From: Escherichia phage vB_EcoM_JN03
Direction: 5' to 3' (one strand)
Length of the DNA: 64,000 nt
Sequence record: OR885871
A program made the translations under genes and the position numbers. The notes under the pieces were generated by a model, which was not told the origin of the DNA, searched no databases, and was given only the letters and a program-made list of their open reading frames with translations. Below are positions 9,630 through 18,161 of this stretch, one piece after another. Every line of letters begins with the position of its first letter. Positions within the stretch are counted from its first letter, which is position 1.

Positions 9630-12600
9630 ATGCAATCTACAAATTTAAACCGTCGCCCGTATTGGGATGACTGGAATCCTGGGAAACGTTTTTCACGGAT
9701 TCTTTTTCGTCCGATGCCTATCAAGGTTCAGACTCGCGAACTGAACCAGATGCAGACTATTCTTCAGGATCAAATTGAAAAACTGGGCAACCATTTGTTC
9801 AAAGATGGTTCTATGGTTATCCCTGGCGGTCTGACGATCACTAACGCCGCAGTCTCTTTGAAATTCACTTTGGCGGGTGGTACTGAATTCACCGATCTGG
9901 AAGGTATTTCTGAACTCTACGTTTTGGGGAAGGACAATAATGCCAAAGCGCGTGTGTTGTCTCTTGAACGTGATCTGTCTGCTCCTGATACGATGCTGGC
10001 TATCCTTGAGATGACTGAAGCGGGTAATGCTGACGGATTCCATGTTAACGATAATCTGTATTTCCAGACTTACGACGTGAATGATAATTTCATTCGTATT
10101 GGTTATGGTATCGCAGCTGCGGTGACTGGTTCTATCGTCGCTCGTATGACGAAAGGCGTTTACTTCATTCGTGGGATGTTCCTAGACGTTGATGACGCAA
10201 CTCTTATCGTTGATAAAACTTCGAACACGTCTTCCCACCGCATCGGATTTAAAGTCACCGAAACCATTGTCACTGAAACAGAAGATGAATCCCTTTATTC
10301 AAATGCTCAGGGAACGATTAACTCCAAAGCCCCAGGCGCTCATCGTCTTCGAATAGATCTGGTCTTATCTCGATTTGATTATGATGCTGTGGTTGAAGAC
10401 TTTGTTGAACTGGCCAAAGTTCGTGATGGTAAAATCCAGTCTATGGTGACTCAGTCTACCTATAATATTCTGGAAGACACGTTAGCCCAACGGACTTATG
10501 AAACCAACGGCGATTATAACGTTTCAACGCACCAGATCGACATCCGCGAACACCTGAAAGTCAATAACAATGGTGGTGTATTCAATGCTGCTGATGGCGG
10601 TGACGAGAGCAAATTTGTTTCTGTGATGAAACCAGGTATTTCCTATGTTCGCGGTCGACGTATCGAAAATGTCGGGGAAGAACTGGTTATTGTCGACAAG
10701 GCGCGGGATACCGATGTCCTGAATAACACCCCTGTTGCGGTGGCCACAGGCAATTATCTGGTCACTAAGAATTCTAAAGGTGTGCCAGTGATATCCCGCA
10801 CCGTTCGATACAAATTACTGAATGCTTCAGGCGTTACCCAGGCTACAGCACTTTGTATATCAGCTGAACGTAATTCAACAGAATTTCGTCTGTATATGCG
10901 CGACCTGGTCGTTACTGGCGATGCATCCACTATCACCAAAGTGTCTTACGAAGAAAGCGGTATCACCATGTTCTCTGCTGAACTGGAATCCAATCAGTTT
11001 AACCAGAGTTCTATGATAGATCTGATCTTCTCTCTTCCGGTATTCGGTGTCAAGACTTTAGCACCAACTGGCTCCGTGGATATCAACTACACTGTTCTCA
11101 GAACGTATAAAGTGACGTTGGACAACAGCGGCGCGGGTTCTATTTCTGCTCCATTGGGATATAGTTTTTCCCCAGAATTTTCGTTGTACTCTGCAGCGAA
11201 ATCTGATGGTTCTGAAGCGCAGTTCGATATCTCTGGTTCTTTGTCTTTGACTGGTTCTCCGGTCGGTTCGGCGCTGCAGATTTCTCTGGGTAGTGGTAAT
11301 GCTAACCAGTCAATCAATTTGCTGGCGCTGATGATTCGTACCACGGCCACAATCAAAACGAAGACCATCACTGAAACAACTGAAACAGTGACGTTCACCT
11401 CGCAGACTAGCCGTCCTTTGGCGAATCACGATGGTTGGAAATTGGTATCGGTCAAAAACGATACTGGCGCAGACGTGACCTCCAGCTTCGTCCTAGATGG
11501 CGGACAGCGTGATGCAGGGTATTACAAGTCTAACTTGTTATCCAGCGCTGGAGCAATCTCAGGGACGTATACAGTGGTGTATCAATACTTCGCCCACAGT
11601 TCCGGTGATTTCTTCTCTGCTGATTCGTATACTTCGATGGATTATAAAGATATCCCGAATTATACATCTTCTACATCAGGCGCGGTGTACGGCCTGGCAG
11701 ATAGTTTGGATTTCCGTCCGAAAATCACCAACGGAACTTCTGACACAGATATGGTTCGTCCAAACACTGCAGTTATTCTGGACACAGAATATTATCTGCC
11801 GCGTATTGACGCGATTTATCTGGCAGACAACGGTGTGTTTGGTGTGGCTCGAGGCATTAGTTCTAACAACCTGGCTTCTCCAGCAATCCCAGCGAACGCC
11901 ATGCGTTTGTATGAATTGTTGATCCCACCGTATACGCCGAATATTGATGATATACAAATTCGCACTATTGACAATCGTCGTTATACGATGCGCGATATCG
12001 GTAAACTGGAAACCCGTATTTCCAATGTTGAATACTATACCTCTCTGTCACAGCTGGAATCTTCGGCGATGACACAGCAAGTGTTCGACCCCATCACGGG
12101 TAATCCCCGTTTCAAAAATGGTATTGCGGCTGATCCGTTCAAAGACTTCCGGTTGATTGATGACTTGTCTGAAGATTGGATGGGTTCTATCGATACCGAA
12201 AACGGACGTCTGCGCCCGTTTGTACAACAAAACGTTGTTGACATGACTCCTGTTGGCTGGAACAAAGTGATGGATGGGATGGTGGTTTGCAATTACACGC
12301 CTGAAATCTCAGTGAACCAAGAATATGCGACGACGACGATCAACGTTAACCCGTACGCAGTATTCAATTGGGAAGGTTTCTTGAAGATTAACCCGACCAC
12401 AGACTACTGGTTCGAAAACTATTATGTTGCACCGCGTATTATCAATGAAACGATCAACACCCGTGGTACTGTACAAGAAGGTTCAGTGTACGGAACATGG
12501 CGTACTGTTTCTGTTTCTGATCGTGTTTGGGAACCGCATGGTGCTGGTGGTGTGTGGTGGGGATATCGTTACCGCACGACTGTTTCTGCCCGTGATGTCA

Positions 12601-14468
12601 CCACATATACATACACGGACAAAACAACCACGACCATGACTGGTGAACAGATTGTGGAGACGCAAGTTATCCCATACATGCGCGAGATCGATATTTCTTT
12701 CGACGCATCTGGGCTGCGACCTTTCACTCGTATGTATGCGTTTTTCTCTGGTCGTGACGTTAATCTGTATTGCAAACCGAATGGTGGTAATTTCGGAGAC
12801 CCAATCACCACTGATGCCAATGGTGCTGTTAAAGGTGTATTCCGCGTTCCACAGAACGATACAATCAAGTTCAACACAGGCGACAACGTGTTCCGCTTAA
12901 CGGATAGCCCTGTTGACAGTAAATCTGCGGATGATACACTGACCAATGCAGAAATTGTTCATAAATCTTTCGGTAAGAAACAAGGTATTCAAAAGACCTT
13001 TGTCAACACTCGTGTCCTTGGTTACACTGCCAGTACTCGCACCGAAACCAGCACTTCTGAAGTTGTGGTCGACCAATGGCGTGATCCGATTGCCCAATCG
13101 TTTATGGTGGCGACTAAGAATGGCGGCGAGTATATCGAAGGCGTGGAAGTATTCTTCTCTACCAAGTCACGTGATGTTCCGATCACTCTGGAAATTCGCG
13201 AGATGGAGAATGGCTTACCTTCTCACACAGTCATTACTCGTAAGACTTTGAACCCATCTGAAGTGACGATCTCTACAGACTCTTCCGGCGGTACGAAGTT
13301 CACCTTTGATTATCCGGTGTATCTGCAAGCATCTACTGAGTTTGCTATCGTTTTGTTGGCGAATACTCAGGATTACAACGCGTATATCGCGGAAATGGGC
13401 AAGAAAAACCTTCTGTCCAACGAATATATCGCCAAACAACCGTATACGGGGGTGTTCTTCACTTCTTCAAACGGTTCAACTTGGTCTCCGAACCAAATGG
13501 CCGATATGAAATTCCGCATATATCGTTGCAACTTTGCGGCTGGTCAGAACGTTGTAACATTTGATCCGAAGCTCGGGCCAAAACAACGTCCGTTGGGATT
13601 GAACACTCTGAACTGCGTAAGCGGGTCTTCTGTTGTGACTGTGTTTGCACCTGGTCATGGTTTGGTTGCTGGGAACAATGTCACTCTTTCTGAATTGACA
13701 GGCGGTTGTGGCTTTACTCCTGAACAACTTAACAAAACGTTTACTGTGACAGATGCGAGCTATACTTCATTCAAGATTGACGTCGGTACGGCAGCAGACA
13801 GCAATGGGCAAATCGGTGGAGATAATGCTTCTTTCTTGGGCAATTATCTGGTTGATATGTTCTATGCCAGCGTTACCAATTCGGCTCTGGAAGGTTCAAT
13901 TCTGAAATTGGAATACCGTTATCGCGATGCCACTTCAAATTCTATGTCTGATTGGGCTGAGTTTGAAACTGACACTGACGTGGCGTTACCGACTGAAGGT
14001 ATCTATCGTCAGGTTGGTGACTTCCAGATTCGTGCTACTATGACTCGTAGTGAAAACAACGTGTACACAGCACCGATGATTGATGGTGATGACCTGAGCG
14101 TGATCTTCAACTCTTATGGCGTAGATCCTTTTGAAGACGTTTTCAAATATGTCACAAAGGACATTGGTTTCGATAACCCATGTTCGACTGTGAAACTGTT
14201 CTTCGGGGCGATGCTGCCTTCTCAGTCTTCGATGAAGATGCAGGTGAAACTTCTACGAGCAGGGCAAGAGATGGATAGTGTGGCTTGGGAAGACGTCGCC
14301 CCAACTTCGCCTTTGGTTAACGACGGTTCCACATTCTTTGAATATGAGTATGACAAGACTGTGGCAAGCAACAATCCGTTCGTTGGATTAAAAGTCAGAG
14401 CACTTGTAAGGGGGAACCGAGTTGCTCCTCCTTCGTTCAAAGACTTCCGTCTTATTGCTCTGGCATAA
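9630..14468 (+). CDS. Large (1612 aa) putative virion structural protein, tail/baseplate-associated
   Basis: Long uninterrupted ORF between the tailspike cluster and the neck genes, preceded by a late-type box. Ser/Thr/Gly/Asn-rich composition typical of fibre or baseplate proteins. No catalytic motifs recognised; function is positional inference. Confidence 0.45.
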   Translation: MQSTNLNRRPYWDDWNPGKRFSRILFRPMPIKVQTRELNQMQTILQDQIEKLGNHLFKDGSMVIPGGLTITNAAVSLKFTLAGGTEFTDLEGISELYVLGKDNNAKARVLSLERDLSAPDTMLAILEMTEAGNADGFHVNDNLYFQTYDVNDNFIRIGYGIAAAVTGSIVARMTKGVYFIRGMFLDVDDATLIVDKTSNTSSHRIGFKVTETIVTETEDESLYSNAQGTINSKAPGAHRLRIDLVLSRFDYDAVVEDFVELAKVRDGKIQSMVTQSTYNILEDTLAQRTYETNGDYNVSTHQIDIREHLKVNNNGGVFNAADGGDESKFVSVMKPGISYVRGRRIENVGEELVIVDKARDTDVLNNTPVAVATGNYLVTKNSKGVPVISRTVRYKLLNASGVTQATALCISAERNSTEFRLYMRDLVVTGDASTITKVSYEESGITMFSAELESNQFNQSSMIDLIFSLPVFGVKTLAPTGSVDINYTVLRTYKVTLDNSGAGSISAPLGYSFSPEFSLYSAAKSDGSEAQFDISGSLSLTGSPVGSALQISLGSGNANQSINLLALMIRTTATIKTKTITETTETVTFTSQTSRPLANHDGWKLVSVKNDTGADVTSSFVLDGGQRDAGYYKSNLLSSAGAISGTYTVVYQYFAHSSGDFFSADSYTSMDYKDIPNYTSSTSGAVYGLADSLDFRPKITNGTSDTDMVRPNTAVILDTEYYLPRIDAIYLADNGVFGVARGISSNNLASPAIPANAMRLYELLIPPYTPNIDDIQIRTIDNRRYTMRDIGKLETRISNVEYYTSLSQLESSAMTQQVFDPITGNPRFKNGIAADPFKDFRLIDDLSEDWMGSIDTENGRLRPFVQQNVVDMTPVGWNKVMDGMVVCNYTPEISVNQEYATTTINVNPYAVFNWEGFLKINPTTDYWFENYYVAPRIINETINTRGTVQEGSVYGTWRTVSVSDRVWEPHGAGGVWWGYRYRTTVSARDVTTYTYTDKTTTTMTGEQIVETQVIPYMREIDISFDASGLRPFTRMYAFFSGRDVNLYCKPNGGNFGDPITTDANGAVKGVFRVPQNDTIKFNTGDNVFRLTDSPVDSKSADDTLTNAEIVHKSFGKKQGIQKTFVNTRVLGYTASTRTETSTSEVVVDQWRDPIAQSFMVATKNGGEYIEGVEVFFSTKSRDVPITLEIREMENGLPSHTVITRKTLNPSEVTISTDSSGGTKFTFDYPVYLQASTEFAIVLLANTQDYNAYIAEMGKKNLLSNEYIAKQPYTGVFFTSSNGSTWSPNQMADMKFRIYRCNFAAGQNVVTFDPKLGPKQRPLGLNTLNCVSGSSVVTVFAPGHGLVAGNNVTLSELTGGCGFTPEQLNKTFTVTDASYTSFKIDVGTAADSNGQIGGDNASFLGNYLVDMFYASVTNSALEGSILKLEYRYRDATSNSMSDWAEFETDTDVALPTEGIYRQVGDFQIRATMTRSENNVYTAPMIDGDDLSVIFNSYGVDPFEDVFKYVTKDIGFDNPCSTVKLFFGAMLPSQSSMKMQVKLLRAGQEMDSVAWEDVAPTSPLVNDGSTFFEYEYDKTVASNNPFVGLKVRALVRGNRVAPPSFKDFRLIALA

Positions 14469-14520
14469 ATAATGTTGAAAGGTGGGCGTAAAGCCCACCA
14501 AACCAATAGAGGATAAAAAT

Positions 14521-14769
14521 ATGCGTGGAGTGAAAGTACAGGGGCACGCATCCATGTTGAGAAGCAGTTCTTGCCCTGGCGCGATTATTTGCACCGATCA
14601 CGCCGCTGGCATGGCTGCATTGCAAGCCCGTCAACGCAATGAAACTCGTGAAGCCACCATTGTTGAACAATCAAACCAGATATCTAATCTGGAGGCGACA
14701 ATCAAAATGATGGCCGAAAAGTTGGGGATCGAAATCCCCGAAGGAGGTCAGAATGGCGACGCAAGCTGA
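14521..14769 (+). CDS. Hypothetical small protein (82 aa)
   Basis: ATG with RBS agagga upstream; the ORF-track start at 14482 has no RBS. Confidence 0.45.
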   Translation: MRGVKVQGHASMLRSSSCPGAIICTDHAAGMAALQARQRNETREATIVEQSNQISNLEATIKMMAEKLGIEIPEGGQNGDAS

Positions 14770-15094
14770 AAGAACGGGGCTTGACATCCGTGGTATCTTA
14801 ACCGCTGTCGTGGCTTCTGCATTGGTCTCGGCAGCATCGTTCCTTTGGTTCATGGGCGGGATGGAAACGCGCGTGAATGTATTGGAACGAGATTCCAACA
14901 AGATGGATCAAGTTCTTCAGAAAGTGAATGACATGAGTGAACGTATGGCGATCATGAATACTGACCTCGCATATGTCAAACAAAACATGGCTGAGTTAAA
15001 ACTCAATAGCAGCAGTCTTTCAGATGATGTTCGCACACTGCGGATTACTGTATCTGATTTGCAGCAAAAGGGGAATAACAATGGCCGTCAATAA
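14753..15094 (+). CDS. Membrane-anchored coiled-coil protein (113 aa)
   Basis: RBS gaaggagg. One hydrophobic helix (ILTAVVASALVSAASFLWFMGG) followed by a heptad-like segment. Confidence 0.5.
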   Translation: MATQAERTGLDIRGILTAVVASALVSAASFLWFMGGMETRVNVLERDSNKMDQVLQKVNDMSERMAIMNTDLAYVKQNMAELKLNSSSLSDDVRTLRITVSDLQQKGNNNGRQ

Positions 15095-15833
15095 GATTCG
15101 AGACAAAAAATCTTTTATGAATTATGTCTTGCGTAAATTGGGCGCTCCTGTGATCCAAATTAACCTTGACAGTTCACAAGTCGAAGATGCAGTCGATGAT
15201 GCTCTGCAGAAATTTTGGGAATATCATCGTGATGGTAGCCAAGATGCGTTCTTCCTGTACCAAGTTAAACAAGAAGATATCGACAAGGGATATATAGAAT
15301 TTCCCGATGATATTGACGATGTGATTGAAGTTATCCCTGGACCTCCTATTGAGTCAATCGGAAACTGGGCAACTCCTCAATGGCAAATGGCTCAAGCAAT
15401 GCTTGTCCCCAAAGCAGCGCTGGTTTCTATTCGTCTCATTGATTATGTTTCCATGCAACAACGCCTGTCGGATATCACAAGCGTCTTAAATGTTCGCCGT
15501 AATTTTGTGTACAAGAAGTTCCAGCGACGCCTTTACCCGCAGTTTGCTGCCATTGTTGATGAAACTCTGGCTTTTCGTTGTTATCAAAATATCGACCCCG
15601 AATCGGAAGAAAACGCTGAAGCATGGAATGATATGTGGTTGAAAGCGTATGCGACTGCATTGGTCAAGCGCCGTTGGGCAGAGGTGCTTAAGAAGGCAAG
15701 AGGCATCCGTCTCCCTGGTGGTATCGAACTGGATGGTGATAGTATGTTCAGTGAGGCCGAGACCGAGATAGAGCGGCTGGAGGAAGAATTGCGTACTGGT
15801 CAGCAATACCCTATCGATTTTATGATGGGATAA
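15081..15833 (+). CDS. gp13: Neck protein gp13 homolog
   Basis: N-terminal RKLGAPVIQINLDSSQVEDAVDDALQKFWEYHRDG resembles T4 gp13 (recalled from memory); sits immediately upstream of gp14/gp15 as in T4. Confidence 0.65.
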   Translation: MAVNKIRDKKSFMNYVLRKLGAPVIQINLDSSQVEDAVDDALQKFWEYHRDGSQDAFFLYQVKQEDIDKGYIEFPDDIDDVIEVIPGPPIESIGNWATPQWQMAQAMLVPKAALVSIRLIDYVSMQQRLSDITSVLNVRRNFVYKKFQRRLYPQFAAIVDETLAFRCYQNIDPESEENAEAWNDMWLKAYATALVKRRWAEVLKKARGIRLPGGIELDGDSMFSEAETEIERLEEELRTGQQYPIDFMMG

Positions 15834-15837
15834 GAGA

Positions 15838-15868
15838 AGGCGGGTTATCCCGCCTTTCTTTTTATAAC
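15838..15868. terminator. Bidirectional terminator hairpin (aaggcgggttatcccgcctt flanked by A/T runs)
   Basis: Lies between the convergent gp13 (+) and the minus-strand ORF 15862..16074. Confidence 0.6.
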
Positions 15869-16074
15869 TTGATGTCGCGTCCGGAAGGATCTGAATTTGC
15901 TAGAATATAACCATCAACCACGTTCTTTTCGTCCCACCATTCAATAAAATCATTATCCTTTTCGCCTTTGATAAGACCCACAATGTTATATGAACCATCG
16001 GCGATTTTAGCATCTACACAGATAATTCTCACACGCCTTCCGTCACGAGTTTCTTTAATATCTTCAACCTTCAT
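15862..16074 (-). CDS. Small minus-strand protein (70 aa), function unknown
   Basis: Occupies the 300-bp gap between gp13 and gp14. Strong RBS on the minus strand (ttgaggaattgataaATG). No similarity recognised. Confidence 0.5.
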   Translation of the reverse strand: MKVEDIKETRDGRRVRIICVDAKIADGSYNIVGLIKGEKDNDFIEWWDEKNVVDGYILANSDPSGRDIKL

Positions 16075-16105
16075 TTATCAATTCCTCAAAAGAATTAATG
16101 ATTGA

Positions 16106-16113
16106 CTAAATAC
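16106..16113 (+). promoter_or_regulatory. Late-promoter-like box CTAAATAC upstream of gp14
   Basis: About 22 nt upstream of the ATG at 16136. Confidence 0.4.
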
Positions 16114-16135
16114 CTTCAAAATTGAGGGTAAAGTC

Positions 16136-16777
16136 ATGGCTACTTCAAAATATTTCAACTATACAGCACATCAAGGTACTCAAAAATTAATTGATGACTT
16201 GGTGGTCGAGATGATACAATTGCGTGGGATTGACGTCAAGTATATCCCACGTTCTATTGTTGAAAAATACCCAATTTTAAACGAGGCCGAACACAAATTC
16301 GACCAAGCGTTTGACATCGAAGTGTATATGCAGGATTATCAAGGCTTCAACACACAGATGTGGGAAAAGTTCGGCGGTATCCAATTACAAGATGAAGTGA
16401 CCTTCACTATTGCTCGTCGTCGTTTTTCAGAAGTTATTGGTAATGGTCCAGGCCTTGAACAAATGCCTCAAGAAGGTGATTTGATATATCTGCCTATGGC
16501 TAACAAAATATTTAAAGTGAATAACCCGAACAACGATGAAGAATTCATGCAATTTGGGAAATGGTACACATATTCCCTACCATGTACGTTGTTCCAATAC
16601 GGTAACGAAGATTTCGATACAGGTGTATCTGAAATAGACGATATCGATAAACGATTGCAGGATCTGGAAGGAGACGGTGTGTACAAAGACGCCAGCCTGC
16701 AAACGGATAACCAATTTGCGGACGAAATAGAGAAAGATCTTTCGCCCAATAAAATGAAGATAGACTTCGGGGAATAA
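16136..16777 (+). CDS. gp14: Neck protein gp14 homolog
   Basis: EKYPIL, PQEGDLIYLPMANKIFKV and LPCTLFQYGNED segments resemble T4 gp14 (from memory); position between gp13 and gp15. Confidence 0.7.
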   Translation: MATSKYFNYTAHQGTQKLIDDLVVEMIQLRGIDVKYIPRSIVEKYPILNEAEHKFDQAFDIEVYMQDYQGFNTQMWEKFGGIQLQDEVTFTIARRRFSEVIGNGPGLEQMPQEGDLIYLPMANKIFKVNNPNNDEEFMQFGKWYTYSLPCTLFQYGNEDFDTGVSEIDDIDKRLQDLEGDGVYKDASLQTDNQFADEIEKDLSPNKMKIDFGE

Positions 16778-16779
16778 TC

Positions 16780-17478
16780 ATGGCCAGACCATTTGAAAAA
16801 TATTTCTACCATGAATCGTTGTTGAAATATATCCATGTTTTCAACGCTATCATGTCGGATTTAAAAGTCAAAACCGAACGTGGCTTGATGGAAATCCCGC
16901 TGCATATGGCCATTGGCCGCCGTAATGACCTCAACAGGAACGTGCCAGCCAATATGCTGCCATTTGCAACAATGTCCTTTGGTCAGTTCGAAATCAATAA
17001 ACAGGTGACCAAGTCGTATCATAATCAGATATCGACTGCAACTGCGCGGTCCAAACAACGAATTCCGATCATTATAGATTTTGAATATAACATCAGAACG
17101 AAGAAACTGGTCGAAATGCTACAGGTGTTGGAACAAATTTATTCTGTGTTCACTCCTTCTGTTGACTGTCAGATAAAGGACAACGACACTTTATCTCAAG
17201 ATCAGAACGTGAAGATAATGTTGGTAAATCACACGATTTCTGACAACTGGGAAGGAGACGCAACAGAATCACCACACATAGATTGTTCATTCAATTTTCA
17301 ATTACATGGTCACATCTATGGAGAAGATTATTGGGTTGATGATGGTTCGGGCGGTGGGGATCCAAACGTCATCAAAGAGATAATTATTGAAATGTCTAAT
17401 GATTTGAACATGCCATGGTCGGAACTTCCTGAATGGTTCCGAGTTGATAAAGACGGCATACATCATCCGGAGGATTGA
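16780..17478 (+). CDS. gp15: Tail sheath stabilizer / tail completion protein gp15 homolog
   Basis: LLKYIHVFNAIMSDLKVK and VKIMLVNHTISDNWEGD...FNFQLHGHIY resemble T4 gp15 blocks; starts 2 nt after the gp14 stop. Confidence 0.65.
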   Translation: MARPFEKYFYHESLLKYIHVFNAIMSDLKVKTERGLMEIPLHMAIGRRNDLNRNVPANMLPFATMSFGQFEINKQVTKSYHNQISTATARSKQRIPIIIDFEYNIRTKKLVEMLQVLEQIYSVFTPSVDCQIKDNDTLSQDQNVKIMLVNHTISDNWEGDATESPHIDCSFNFQLHGHIYGEDYWVDDGSGGGDPNVIKEIIIEMSNDLNMPWSELPEWFRVDKDGIHHPED

Positions 17479-18161
17479 TCATGAGCAATATGTCAGAAAG
17501 GTTACTCGCCACACTTGATGCGGTGACTGCCCGAGACGAAGTTGGGAAGGAGGCAATGGAGGCTGTCGCCCCTCGTCCAGGTATTGACTTCGATGAAAAT
17601 ACAGGTGAATGGTTTGGTGAACGTCCGGAAGGGTATCAGCCGATTCCTGAACCGCCTTCATTGGAGGATATTGCTTCCAAGGAATCCAAAGTACCTGAGT
17701 TTGCGGACACTGATGCTACAACGGATTACAAACGGATACGCGACACAACATATGCCATGCAAGAAGCCACAATGTTCATGATGGGACAAGCCGCTAAATT
17801 GGCTGCATCCACAGAAGCTCCGCGAGCATTTTCTGTTTTCCGTGAATTGGGTGAACTCATGCGAGGTCTGAATAAAGACTTGATGGAAAACCAGAAAACC
17901 ATCAAGGCAGTAACAGGTGATAAAGAACCACCTGTTGATGACACGACAGTGGATGTTACAACTTCACCAGACGGAACAACAACAGTATCGGTTGGGAAAA
18001 AGGCGCGATCTTCTCGCGATTTATTGAAGACGATCGAAGATGCACGCCGCCGCGCTGAAGAAAGAGCACAAGCAAAGGCCGCACAACAACCAGAAGATGA
18101 AATCATTGATGGTGAAACAGTTGATGTGAAGGAAGAAGACGATGGCGTATCAGAAGCGTGA
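17475..18161 (+). CDS. gp16: Terminase small subunit gp16 homolog
   Basis: Immediately upstream of and overlapping the large terminase. Segment EAPRAFSVFRELGELMRGLNKDLMENQKTIK resembles T4 gp16; acidic C-terminus. Confidence 0.65.
   Translation: MIMSNMSERLLATLDAVTARDEVGKEAMEAVAPRPGIDFDENTGEWFGERPEGYQPIPEPPSLEDIASKESKVPEFADTDATTDYKRIRDTTYAMQEATMFMMGQAAKLAASTEAPRAFSVFRELGELMRGLNKDLMENQKTIKAVTGDKEPPVDDTTVDVTTSPDGTTTVSVGKKARSSRDLLKTIEDARRRAEERAQAKAAQQPEDEIIDGETVDVKEEDDGVSEA

Noticed and set aside
14388-14670. Minus-strand ORFs (68-72 aa) across the junction after the 1612-aa gene.
   Set aside because: They overlap the 3' end of the large gene and the small + strand genes; no RBS support; the hairpin there lacks a U-tract on either strand.
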